Below, one piece after another: positions 1-12,531 of a stretch of 64,000 nucleotides of DNA. Numbering within the stretch: position 1 is the stretch's first letter; the number at the start of each line of letters is the position of its first letter. A model generated the notes under the pieces. That model was not told the DNA's origin. It was given only the letters and a program-made list of their open reading frames with translations, and searched no databases. This DNA is from Phoronis australis (lineage: Eukaryota; Animalia; Phoronida): contig NMRA01000810.1 of NCBI GenBank assembly GCA_002633005.1, forward strand, positions 1 to 64,000, read 5' to 3'. Position numbers and translations under genes: made by a program.

Positions 1-1930
1 ACACATTTATATGTGGTCGCATATTGCCGTCATCTCTGTCTGGGCGTCCGCGGCTGTATCTCCTAAACCCCTCGCAAGATCTTATTGAAATTTGGCAGGT
101 ATGGTCCTATGAGGTTGACGACAAAGGTGACAAGTTTCGGAGCGACCCAAATACCGCTTTACCCTCTAGTGGGAATTTTCCTTTTTTATGTTCGCCTCTG
201 TATCTACAAAGGTCCTCAACCAATTTTCAGGAAATTTGGTACATAGACATCTAATAATGAGTTGACGCTATCCTTCTGTTTTTGGATGGATTTGAGACAT
301 TTTGCGCCATCTAGTGGCCATTTTTACTATTTTGGAGTCGTTTTTTTGGCATACACCCCTGTAACAACCAAACCACTATAAGGATGATTGTGAAAATTGG
401 CATGTATGTTCGTACTATGATGAAGACAGTTGACGATGATTTTCCGACGACTTCGACTACTGTGGCACTTCCTAGTGGCAGTTTTGTTTTTTTTTTGCGC
501 CCATGGCTGTATCTCCTAAACCGTTCGTAGGNGGATTTTTACGAAATTGTGTAAGCATAATAAAATATGATGTTAACAACAGAAGATGAAGACTTTTGGA
601 TGGACCCGACTACCGGTGTGCCCCCTAGTGGCAATTATAATTTTTTACGCTTACCTTTGTATCTTCAAAAGTCCTGAACAGACTTTCGTCAAATTTGGTA
701 TGTAGGCACCTATTAGTGAGATGACGCTATCCTCCCGTTTTCAGATGGATTCAACATAGTTTGCGCCACCTAGTGGCCATTTTTATACTGTTTTCGAGTC
801 TGTATTTTTGCGTCCACCCCTCTATCAACCAAACCGCTCAAAGGATGATTGTGAAAATTGGCGTGTATGTGCTTACTATAAAGAGGACAGCTGACAATGA
901 TTTTCAGACGATTTGGACTACTGCGACGCCTCCTAGTGGTAGTTTTGTTTTTTTGCGCCTATGGCTGCATCTCCTAAACCGTTCGCAGGATCTTTACGAA
1001 ATTTAATAAGTGTATTTATATTATGTTAACAACAGACGATGACAACTTTTGGACGGATCCGCCTACCAGTGTGCCCCCTAGTGGCAATTTTATTTTTTTA
1101 CATTTACCTCTGTATCTTCACAAGTCCTTAACAGATTTTATGAAATTTGGTATGTAGGCACCTATTAGTGCGATGACGCTATCTTACCGTTTTCGCATGG
1201 ATTTGACCTAGTTTGCGACACCCAGTGGCCATTTTTACTGTTTTTGAGTCTGTTTTTTGGCGTCCACCCCTCTATCAACCAAACCGCTATAAGTATGATT
1301 GTGAAAATTGGCATGTATGTTCTTACTATGAAGAGGACGGTTGACGCTGAATTTCCCATGACTTTGATTACTGTGGCGCCTCATAGTGGCAGTTTTTGTT
1401 TGCGCCCATGGCTGTATCTCCCAAACCGTTTGCAGGATCTTTACTAAATTTAGCAAGTGTATTTATGTGATGTTGACAACGGACGATGACGACTTTAGGA
1501 TGATTCTGACTACCGGTATGCCTCTAGTGGCAATTTAAGTATTTTACATTGACCTCTGTATTTTCATAGGTCTTCAGGTGTATACTTTGTATTTCTTCGA
1601 GACTATGAAGGAAAAGTTCTAAGTAGAAATTTGTTTCTGGCATTCTAATGCTGTGCTAATCTCGTATGTTGATAAATTTGTTTTTAATTCTGTTTCTGTG
1701 GTGCTTTAAGCAATTGATGTATAGGATGTGCTTGTATTATGAAGATCACTCACATTTTGCCCCTAGCGTATTAAGGAGACAATGACCATGCCTTTCCATT
1801 TTGCAAAGTACAACATACTACATATATGCCCTCTACTGGCCACTTTATGGTACCAATAAACAACCCTAGAAGGATACCGTATACGGTGGAATTGTGGGCG
1901 TATTTCAATGCTCTGCGTTGGTCTTGTTGA
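1..1930 (+). mobile_element. Helentron-associated non-autonomous element (HINE/DINE-1-like) with internal ~450-bp tandem repeats; 5' end just outside the window
   Basis: Starts within the 5' hairpin (acatttatatgtgg). It has repeated units with cctagtggc motifs and ends with the sub-terminal repeat gtgggcgtat plus the 3' stem-loop caatgc-tct-gcgttg at ~1894-1920. Its 3' part (~1140-1930) is nearly identical to ~48540-49348. Confidence 0.75.
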
Positions 1931-2790
1931 ATTTGTTTTTGGCATCCGCCCTTCTACCAACCAAACTGCTCTAGGGATGATTTTGAAAGTTGGCATTGTT
2001 CTTACTGTGAAGAAGGCAACTGACGATGATTTTTCAATGACATTGGCTGCTGTATCACCACCTAGTGGTAGTTTTGTTTGTTTTTGTACCCATGGCTGTT
2101 TCTCCTAAACGCTCTACGGGGTCTTTATTGAATGTTGCTGGTATATTTATAAGTAGTTGACAACAGAGGTTGACGTCTTTCGGACGGATTGGACTACTGG
2201 TGTGCCCCCTAGCGATAGTTTTAAATTTTTCGTTTTCCTCTGTATGTTCAAAGGTTGTCAGCGAGCGGATTTTCATGAAATTTAGCAGACAGGCATGTAT
2301 TAGTGAGATGAGGCTATCATTCAGTTTTCGTTTGAATTCGAGAAATTTTGCGCCACATAGTGGCCATTTTTACTTTTTTCAAGTCTGTTTTTTTGCATCT
2401 GCCCCTCTGTCAACCAAACAACTCTAAGGATGATAGTGGAAATTGCTATGTTTGTTCCTCATATCAAGAGAAGGGCTGACGATGATTTTCCGAATGACCT
2501 CAACAACTGTGGCACTCCTAGTGAGATTTTTTACGCCAACGGCTGTATCTCCTAAACCCTCCACAGGATCTTCATTAAATTTAGCAATTAAGTGTATTTA
2601 TATGAACTTGGCAACAAACAATGACGACTTTCGGGGAGATCAGACTATGGGTGTGTCCCCTAGTGGCAACTTAGGTTTTTTAATTTTACCTCTGTATCTT
2701 CAAAGTTCTTCAAGGGATTTTCATAAATTTGGCAGATACGCATCTATCAGTGATCGTTGTCCCTATCGTTTGCTGAGTGGACTCAGTCTC
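1931..2790 (+). repeat. Older, diverged tandem units of the same HINE repeat family
   Basis: Recognisable unit motifs (caaccaaac, ggatgatt, ccacctagtgg, gtgccccctag, gtatctcctaaac) continue after the 3' stem-loop of the first element. Confidence 0.65.
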
Positions 2791-3293
2791 AGAAAGGTAT
2801 TGGAAAAACTGCAACGTCAGTTTTCCTCACAAACTGTAGGTAGATGAATTAACGGCGACATGAAGTTATAGTAACTTCATTATGCTGCTTGAAAACGCAG
2901 TGTGATAAGACCAAGAGGAAGGGTCACAAATGAAACACCTGAATCCCTAGTGGCCATATTGCCACAGAGTCCGATACTAGCCTCCACGAATGAGCAAATG
3001 AGCTAACTCGAAAGCAATAACAAACTCCCAGTTCTTCTCTGGCGTAGAGGTTACGTTGTAATCGGAGTAAGGATCATTAGTTCATACAGGTTCAGTAAGT
3101 ATCGTAGCCAACATAAGCAGTTGAATTTTTGACAGAAAGAACTAACTCATCACACCTGAAGCCAACTATGAGTTTTTGAACATAAAAGAGACTACAATAC
3201 CTTAGATACATGGTTAGAACCAGTGACCTAAATATACTTTAGCTCACTGGTGTAATATTTTGTGTACTATCAAGATGAAGGTAAAAGAGACTT

Positions 3294-3494
3294 CAAGGTA
3301 CCTAAACTACAGGGTCATCTGACTCATAAACATGGGCACGGACGCATGAACACAACTCATGGACCTGCAAACACCGTCCACCGACTCACAAGAACGGACT
3401 CACAAAACACGATCCACGCACCCAAATACACGGGACATGGACTCATATTCACGAGGAAACACGATTAACGGGACCGTGTAGTTTAGGTACCTTG
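3294..3494. mobile_element. ~200-bp MITE with ~18-bp TIRs and 5-bp TSD
   Basis: TIRs caaggtacctaaactaca / tgtagtttaggtaccttg, flanked on both sides by gactt. Confidence 0.7.
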
Positions 3495-3698
3495 GACTTG
3501 TTTCTATGTAAATAGATTATCTATTAAATGAACTGAACAGTATGATGAACAAAGGGTGACTGAGGTTACACAGCTACTCATAAGCATGCACTATAAACAT
3601 GTTTGTTGCCAAGACTACTTAATGTGGTTGCCATGATTAATTATTCTGACAGTCAGTCTAAACAAATACTGGAAGTGAACAATGAGCTCATCATGTTA

Positions 3699-3866
3699 CA
3701 ATTGGTAGAATATTGTCTGGTGACCAGGAGAGTGGACCTGAGTTTGTGTGCAATCAATTGGTAGAATATTGTCTGATGACCAGGAGAGTGGACCTGAGTT
3801 TGTGTGCAATCAATTGGTAGAATATTGTCTGATGACCAGGAGAGTGGACCTGAGTTTGTGTGCAAT
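3699..3866. repeat. 56-bp tandem repeat x3
   Basis: caattggtagaatattgtctgRtgaccaggagagtggacctgagtttgtgtgcaat occurs three times. Confidence 0.9.
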
Positions 3867-6800
3867 CAGTATCTTAAACTACTAAGAAAAGATACTTAAT
3901 AGTAAAAACAAGCAGTCCCCTTCAGACATCATGGTAATACAAACTACAGCGGTGTACTGAAAAAAGACTTAGGAAATTATATGTCAAACATCAAGCTATG
4001 TTGGTAAATGAACATTGTAACCTTTACAGATTACCCTATTTATTATTCCTGTGTAGTATCCAGCATTCCATCCTATCATGCGAACTTGTCCTAGATAGCT
4101 TCATATCCTTATTTTCACCATTGATATGAACAAAATGCCACCTACAGTAACCGCCTTGCTTGGAACACTCACAGTATCAAAGTAGTTCAAATCTGTGTCC
4201 CAGAGCTGACAATACAAAAGCAATCAGATAGATACCACTAGTTGGTATTTAGGAATGGGAACATTCTAATTTTAGCACCATTACAATGGTCATTGTAACT
4301 GCTGTAAATGTATTGTTAATAGACTAAAGACTGAAGTAAACAGAGATTACATGGGCAATGTCACACACTGTGTAGACCAAATAAACAAAGTCAAACTGAA
4401 GCTAGAAACACTGAGCTCACATTGGCAATCAGAATTTTTGCCTTCATTCCATCACATAGCTTGCTACACTGAAGTTTGGTTTTATCAAAGTAATGTGTCA
4501 TAGATGCCTTGCACAAAATTGAAAGTTATTGCAGAATTCTTCCTGCATGAGCTCTTGCCATAAGTCATCGGGGAAAAAATTCACTTCTGGTAAGCATTTC
4601 TTTCACTCTCAGTTTTACTTTTATGTTTCCCACTATCTCACTGGTAAAGCATCAGTACTATAAACAGATAGCAAGATCAGCTTTTTAAGTAAAAATGAAG
4701 TCCAATAAGCAAATTGTGTCATAGTTGGAAAAAAGTTTTGTTATTGAGACAATTTAATAGCAGCTGTGTTAAATTAAGACAACAATATTTTAAATAAAAT
4801 ATGTTCACAATTTATGAAGAATGTCATGGATGTAACTTGCAAGTATCTTACCACTTCACATCTGGAATACTGGTAGTGTTTTGTAAACTTCAAATAGAAA
4901 TCAATTGTCCTTCAAAATGCTAAAAAGAATTTGTTTATTCCCACTCAGTGTTTCAAAAGGACATTACGCCAATCAAATTATAACAAAACCTTCACATTTT
5001 TGAAACATAACAAATAAAATAAATGATGTGAAAGTCCATGTAACCCAGAACCACAAAAAAGTTATCAATTCTGAAGTCGATCTATAATTCACAGCTTTCA
5101 ATTAAGATATCTTTAACAATTCACCTATGTTTTCATTCAATTCCAATACAAGGTTCTAAAGAATTAATCAACATTAAAATGCAGCATTCCTGTCAGTTAT
5201 GTTTCAATTCTATTCTACTGAAAATAAAGCACCTGTCGGAGTGTCGATGTAAACAGCGCAGTTAACTGGACCGTTCATACTGGCTTCGGTAGTTAATGAC
5301 CATCGAAGTCAAGGGTTGGTGACGTTGACTTCATCGAAGTTATCGCAAGGTAGCGCTGCACGCTAGGATTTTTTTCAATGTGATAATTTGGGAACATTTA
5401 AATGTGCTAAATGACATTAAACTCATTTTTAATTCAATTGGTTATCATTAGAGCAAAAAATAAGTAGCTATTAGTGACGGCACTACTCTGTAACTGTTGA
5501 CGATAACAGTGGCACCTGGCGATAACTTCGATTGGACCGGAGATAAGCGTTCATACTGCACCACAACATCCCAAACCATCAAAGCATCGACATTAGTATG
5601 AAAGGCCCTTAAGACAAAGTCCATGGTTGTGGTTCAGACTGGGCAGAAATAGTTTTTGAATTGCTGTGCATTTGTGCCAAAGGAGATGTGTCTGTAGCCC
5701 ATTACAAATTGAAGTTATGATTTTAATGTTACTTGACCAATTATTGTACTACACAGATTCTTAAAAACATTACAAAGAACATTTCAGCAAAGTCAGAGGG
5801 CAACTTAATGAAACTCATAGTATTACTAAGCAGTAAGTCTGAATCTGTGTAGTATTTCACCTATTTCACTCAAAATAAACTAGTTCTTTTAACAAGTAAA
5901 TAAACTGAACAGACATTCTTTATAGTTCAAGGGCAATGTGTTACAAATTGGTATAAGGAATAAAAAGCTAAAACCTACTCTACAAGGAAATGAGATTACT
6001 ATTAGTTGCAAGATTGTTTGAGGGTTAGGTTACGTTAGGGAAATGAGACTATGCATTTTAGTCGAAAATTGGTGAATTTCCTATTTTAAACAATTCTGCG
6101 CTTTCCTCATTATGCACTTCCCAAAACAAAAAATACGTGATAAAAATGTGGTAATTATTAAAAACATTTGCTGTGAAATCAACACTGTGGCAGGTTTATG
6201 GCAAGTTAAATGTGTAAAAATTGGTTAATAAGTTTTTAATAATTTTTATACAAAGTGCTTTATGAAAAACTCAATGCTTAGTTGTTGACCACTTGTATCA
6301 TTAGGAGGTGACACCAACAAGAAAACAATACATTACAGAAAGGGTCAATATATATGGCTACATCAGGCTACATTTGAATTTTCACAATTCTAATTCCAAA
6401 AGCAAGTTTTCAGTCAGCAGCTTTTCTGCTGACTTTTCCTAGATTTAGATTGACAACAGATGCTCACCAATGTGTCAAATCTTCCTTTTTGTTCCCTCAC
6501 AGTTAGGCAGCTGCACAAAATAATGTGAAAGTGAACAACAATAAATTTTGTAAACCACGCTGCCTGACCTAACCCTAACCTCCACTTTCACTTTGACATG
6601 ATTCTCTAAACAGTGTTGAGCTGGGAACAGATTTTGGACTTGGCCTGCCAAGCTCTCAGTTGTTTAGTCTTGTGTTTGTAAGCAAGCATATGTGAAGTTC
6701 CTGACCTGGCATAATTGGATGATTCTGGCTGGGCCATATGGTTAAGACATTAAATGTATCTTGGTGTAATGAGTTCTCTGTGTATGGGTCTTTTGTTTTA

Positions 6801-7299
6801 AGTTTAACAGTGGTGTTTTAGGAGATTTAATTGAAAGATATCATGAAAATTAGAAAACATTTCTTTGTGTTATATGATGGTTGGAAGACTATAATAGTCC
6901 ATATCTCTATGCCATAAAGAAATCTTGTTGAAGAAACGTAGTGACACAAATATACACATTTCCGTGGTGCATGCGGACACAGTGAAATAGGCCTACCCTC
7001 CACTATATGAAAAATGACCCATATAAACTCAACTTGGAAACACCAGCCACTCGCATGTGGAAATCCTGCTGTTACTTGTCCAAGTAATTATATGCATTTA
7101 CTAATTAGGTATTCACAAGTGGTATTTATTCTCTTACTTCACATTTTTTGACGTGACAAAAGGATTGTCATTTTCGAGTTCTTTTATTGGCATTTAATGA
7201 TTCTTTATTGTTGTTGAAGAAGGTCAGGCCAAAATTTGGGACCCAGTCAACCTCATGTTTACTGACTTTCTAAAACCGCTCTGAGGTGGTGGCGTATTG

Positions 7300-7683
7300 C
7301 AACTATTATTAAAATCTCTTGGTCTATTTACACCGACCTCGAGTCTATATACACTGTCACGACGTTTCGGTCGGTCTATTCGCCGGCCGTCATCTGGTGT
7401 TCCCGCGTTCTTAGAAAAACACCACTACACCACGGAGTCATGACTCCGTGGTGAAGTGGTTAAGGTGCTGGACTCTTAATTATCTGTAGTTTCAGAAGTC
7501 GTGGGTTCAAATCTTGCCTAGGACAAAAAATCACACCATGAGTGTACCACATATCCGTGCTCGTTCTTCTAAGAACGCGGGAACACCTGTCGATGGCCGG
7601 AGAATAGACCGACCGAAACGTCGTGACAGAGTAAATAGACTAGAGGTCGGTGTAAATAGACCAAGAGATTTTAAAAATAGTTG
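7300..7683. mobile_element. Head-to-head inverted tRNA-headed element with Penelope-type hammerhead-ribozyme tails
   Basis: Arms ~7300-7416 and ~7566-7683 are reverse complements. There is a central palindrome accactacaccacggagtca|tgactccgtggtgaagtggt, a tRNA-like head at 7442-7522, and each arm carries c(t/a)g(a/t)yga-stem-gaaacgtc. Confidence 0.7.
7442..7522 (+). pseudogene. tRNA-Lys(CTT)-derived pseudo-tRNA / SINE head
   Basis: A-box tggtgaagtgg; anticodon arm ctgga-ctctta...ttcag with an ~11-nt insert 3' of the anticodon; gtcgtgggttcaaatc T-arm/B-box. The acceptor stem does not pair well. Confidence 0.6.
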
Positions 7684-9899
7684 TCTCATGTTTACTGTTA
7701 GGTATAGTGAAGTATACTGCAGTTGCAACTTCACTCCAGCCTCGCTATATCACAATAAGTACTGTGTTGTAATTTTATTGAGTGTTAACTAGCTTTAAAT
7801 GTCAAGTATCAAACAGTTGCTCTGATTTTAAAATCAAAGTTTTAACTTGTCTTATTTCATATCTTGATTCTCAAAAACCTACATGTCCCAGACTGTTTAG
7901 GAGCTGTTTCAATTAAATGCAAGTGCTAGTTGAAAACATTCTTAGAATGTGCTCACCAAATGGCACCATAAAAGCAGCTGGACAGATTGTGGCAAACAAT
8001 TTATGGTTGCAACTGGGATGTCCCCAACCTCAACAAACTCCAACCTCTTGAAATGTTTATCTAAAACATGCTTTATCAGTTAGTTGTCAAGGTTACGAAC
8101 TTAAGCGGCCTTTTCAAACTGCCTGTAACTAAAGGATTTACAATACAGCTGGATTGGTAAGACTGTACACTGAACTTAATGTAGATATATGCAGTATAAT
8201 ATTTGATTTCATTCAACAAGAAATAATTACTTCATAAGCATTCAGTCAAAGTTGGAAAAATCTTTCAATTTTGAGTAAAATTAATTGCTGGGTTTTTTAT
8301 TATTCCTGACTATCTGTTCATTATCAATCTCACTGCAATGATGGGAAACCCCCATTTCAGTTGATACTTCGTATCATGGTGATGACAAAATGAATTCATG
8401 GATCATCCTTATCATTATTCAAAGTTAAGTAATAAGAAATTTCATAAATTATTCTAACTGGTGAAAAGACGTGCATGAAAATTATATCAACCGTGCGTTA
8501 AAATGTGAATTTTTGTGAAACATCATGTACCATTCATAGGAATTCAGAAATGGTTTATAAGAATTGGATTTAATTAGATTTGTTTGCAAGCTACCAGTTA
8601 CATTTCTTTTCCAATCAATGTGGAATTTACACAAAACGTGTATCGGGAGTAGCTCGAAGCCTATTGTATTTGGTTGAAATCAGACGCAAGATGGCACTGT
8701 AGATACCATTTTTCGCTGTCTTGGTTTGCGGAGCCATAGCTTTACAGGTTCTAGAATTTTTCTGATTTCTTTTTAGGGGAAAAATCGTTTAAATGACCAT
8801 AAGAAGTGTCCAATTTGTTTTTTTCCTTAGGACTTACTGTTTTGGAGTTATTCAAAATTTTCCGGCGACTGCTAGATAATCGAATCAATTTTTGTTCGGT
8901 ATCTCTGGCAACACTTGCCGTATCTTACTTGAAGCCAGTATATAGATAGTGCTATCTGCATTGTGCCATCTATTTCTCACTATGACCTACCTTTTTCGAG
9001 ATATTCAAGATTTACTAGCCACATGAATGTTCTTCTGTTGACTTACCGGTACTTTTAGCTGCACTTCTGTCGCCTATTATATTCGTGACAGAGATTGTAT
9101 TTTTTGTCTGATTGACATTGATTTACTTAGTGTTTATCTAGTCAAAAGTGCGAGGACTGGTTTGTGGATGAACATGTACATCAATTTTCAATCGTTAGAA
9201 TGGTTTGGTTAATAGAGAGGTGGATGCCAAAAAAAACAGACTCTAAAACAGTAAAAATGGCCATGAGGTGGCACAAAATACCTCAAATCCATCAGAAAAC
9301 AGCAGGATAGCGTCACCGTACCAATACGATGTCTATATTTCAAGTTTTTCGAAACTCTGTTGAGGACCCTTGAATATACAGAAGTAAACGTAAAAACTAA
9401 AATTGCCACTGGGGGTTGTAACGGTAGTCCGATTCATGCAAAAGTCATCATCATTTGTTGTCAACATCGCATAAATGTACTTGCNCAAGAAATAATTACT
9501 TCATAAGCATTCAGTCAAAGTTGGAAAAATCTTTCAATTTTGAGTAAAATTAATTGCTGGGTTTTTTATTATTCCTGGCTATCTGTTCATTATCAATCTC
9601 ACTGCAATGATGGGAAACCCCCATTTCAGTTGATACTTCGTATCATGGTGATGACAAAATGAATTCATGAATAATCCTTATCATTATTCATAATTAAGTA
9701 ATAAGAAATTTCATAAATTATTCTAACTGGTGAAAAGACTGCATGAAAATTATATCAATCGTGCGTTAAAATGTGAATTTTTGTGAAACATCATGTACCA
9801 TTCATAGGAATTCAGAAATGGTTTATAAGAATTGGATTTAATTAGATTTGTTTGCAAGCTACGAGTTACATTTCTTTTCCAATCAATGTGGAATTTACA

Positions 9900-11312
9900 C
9901 AAAACGTGTATCGTGAGTAGCTCGAAGCCTATTGTATTAGGTTGAAATCAGACGCAAGATGGCACTGTAGATACCATTTTTCGCTGTCTTGGTTTGCGGA
10001 GCCATAGTTTTACAGGTTCTAGAATTTTTCTGATTTCTTTTTTGAGGAAAAATAATTTAAATGATCATAAGAAGTGTCCAATTTGTTTTTTTCCTTAGGA
10101 CTTACTGTTTTGGAGTTATTCAAAATTTTCCGGTGACCGCTAGATAATCGAATCAATTTTTGTTCGGCATCTCTAGCAACACTTGCCGGATCTTTCTTGA
10201 AGCCAGTATATAGATAGTGCTATCTGCATTGTGCCATCTATTTCTCACTATGACCTACCTTTTTCGAGATGTTCAAGATTTACTAGCCACATGAATGTTC
10301 TTCTGTTGACTTACCGGTACTTTTAGCTGCACTTCGGTCGCCTATTATATTCGTGACAGAGATTGTATTTTTTGTCTGATTGACATTGATTTACTAAGTG
10401 TTTATCTAGTCAAAAGCACGAGGACAGGTTTGTAGAGGAACATATACACCAACTTTCAATCGTTAGAATGGTTTGGTTGATAGAGAGGTGGGTGCCAAAA
10501 AAAACAGACTCAAAAACAGTAAAAATGGCCATGAGGTGGCGCAAAATACCTCAAATCCATCAGAAAACGGCAGGATAGCGTCGCCTTACCAATAAGATGT
10601 CTATATTTCAAATTTTTCGAAACTCTGTTGAGGACCCTTGAATATACAGAGGTAAACGTAAAAACTAAAATTGCCACTGGGGGGCGTAACGGTAGTCCGA
10701 TTCATGCAAAAGTCATCATCATTTGTTGTCAACATCGCATAAATGTACTTGCAACATTAAGTAAAAGATCCTACTAACGGTTTAGAAGATTCAGCCATGG
10801 GTGCAAAAAAAACTGCAACTAGGAGGCGCCACATTTCTCGAAGTCGTCGGAAAATCGTCGTCAGCTGCACTTAACACAGTAGGAACATATCCGTCAATTT
10901 TCAAAATCATCCCCAGAGCGGTTTGGTTGATAAAAGGGCGGATGCCAAAAACAGACTTGAAAACAATAAAAATGGCCACCAGGTGGCGCAAAGTGCCTCG
11001 AATCCATTCGAAAACGGGAGGATGGCATCATCTCACTAATAGATGCCTAACTGCTAAATTTTATGAAAATCCATTGAAAACCTTCAAAGATACAGAGGTA
11101 AGCGTAAAAAATTAATATTGCCACTAGGGGGCACACCAGTAGTTGGAGAGGTCCGAAATTCGTTGTCATCTGTCGTCAGCTTAATATGAACACACCTGCC
11201 AAATCTCATCCAGATCCTGTGAGGGGTTTAGGAGATACAGCTGAGGATGCCTGACGCCCAGACAGAGATGACAGCAATATGCGACCACATATAAATATGT
11301 GGGCCCATAAAA
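9900..11312 (-). mobile_element. HINE-family element, reverse orientation (partial second copy at ~8630-9484)
   Basis: The reverse complement of 11200-11312 reads ttttatgggcccacatatttatatgtggtcgcatattgctgtcatctctgtctgggcgtc, matching the 5' end of the family (positions 1-60 and 46937). Repeat units carry tggccaccaggtggcgc and tgccactagggggcac. The 3' boundary is approximate. Confidence 0.7.
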
Positions 11313-11642
11313 ATAAAATTGATGAGTTTCTAGACATCTAGCCTACTATATTTTAATCTCCAACAGAAAGACAATCACTGAAAAGATGAGTCTTAAAGTG
11401 AAAGTGAGGTCACAAGGCAGATCTATTTTGTGACGAAAATGAAAGCATAGAAGCGCTGACATTAAACTTGTCATTGTGCTTTTTCTCCTCCGTTTCAAAG
11501 GGGTGGGGGGTGCAAAATGGAAATTATTATCTATTCTGGGCTTGTGATTTGTTGGCATGACAAGACCATAGCAACCGTGATGACTATGATCACATTAGTG
11601 GATTACAATACCACAACATGATGAGCATAGTCACAATGATTC

Positions 11643-11925
11643 GGGGTGTACCCAGACGCTGAGAGAAAAATCCACAACACACTTTTATGAGTACACCGAA
11701 AATGATTTGGAGTGTACTCAGAGCCTGAGAGCAGAATACACCAACACAATTTTATAAGTACACCCAAAATGGTTGGGGGTGTACCCAGAGCTTCAAAACT
11801 GAATACACAAACACAATTTTATGAGTACCCCGAAAATGATTTGGGGTGTACTCAGAGCCTGAGAGCTGAATACACAAACACAATTTTGAGTACATACAAA
11901 ATGGTTTGGGTTGTACCCAAGCCAG
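11643..11925. repeat. ~60-bp degenerate tandem repeat (about 4.5 units) with internal inverted motif
   Basis: Units of gggtgtacYcagagc...acacaattttatgagtacacc; gagtacacc and ggtgtactc are reverse complements. Confidence 0.75.
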
Positions 11926-12346
11926 ACCAGATGAACTCGCGTCATGCAAGGCCATTCAGGTATACCCTAAACTTGACATGACTGTGAGCTCTTTCACGAG
12001 GCTACCTGAAACCCTGCACAATTTATTTTTTTTATCAATTGTTCATTTCCATGATAAAAGTTCATTTGAAATAATAACATGTTATAACTTTTTCATTACA
12101 AAAAATCAAAAAAAGCTTGGGTATATTTCTCGTAAAATAAAGCTTGGAAAATTAAAAGGACTTTTTAACATTGGCTGGAACAAAGACCTCTCTGAACTCC
12201 AAAAGCTAAACACATGTGGGGTTTCATTGAATGCACAGTGGTTACTGGCCTAAACAATAGATGTCACTGCTAGTTAGTGTTCAGGTACATAGAAACATCA
12301 AGATGTTTGCTTATGGCAAGCTCATTTATCCATGGGGATTCCGGGA

Positions 12347-12531
12347 ACCAGCCATGACTAAGCATAATTTTAGATCTACGTGTAAACATTGTCAGCTATA
12401 AAAAACCCTAGCTGAAAAAGAAAGCTTTCACAAAGCACACCAGCCATGACTAAGCATAATTTTAGATCTATGTGTAAACATTGTCAGATATAAAGAACCC
12501 TAGCTGAAAAAGACAGCTTTCACAAAGCACA
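12347..12531. repeat. ~91-bp direct tandem duplication
   Basis: accagccatgactaagcataattttagatcta...agctttcacaaagcac occurs twice in tandem. Confidence 0.85.

Noticed and set aside
7442-7522. Functional tRNA-Lys gene
   Set aside because: Poor acceptor-stem pairing, no immediate T-run terminator, and embedded in an inverted-repeat element.
8216-10752. ~1.27-kb tandem duplication
   Set aside because: The two slightly divergent copies meet exactly at a single N (9485), which is typical of overlapping haplotype contigs joined in scaffolding.
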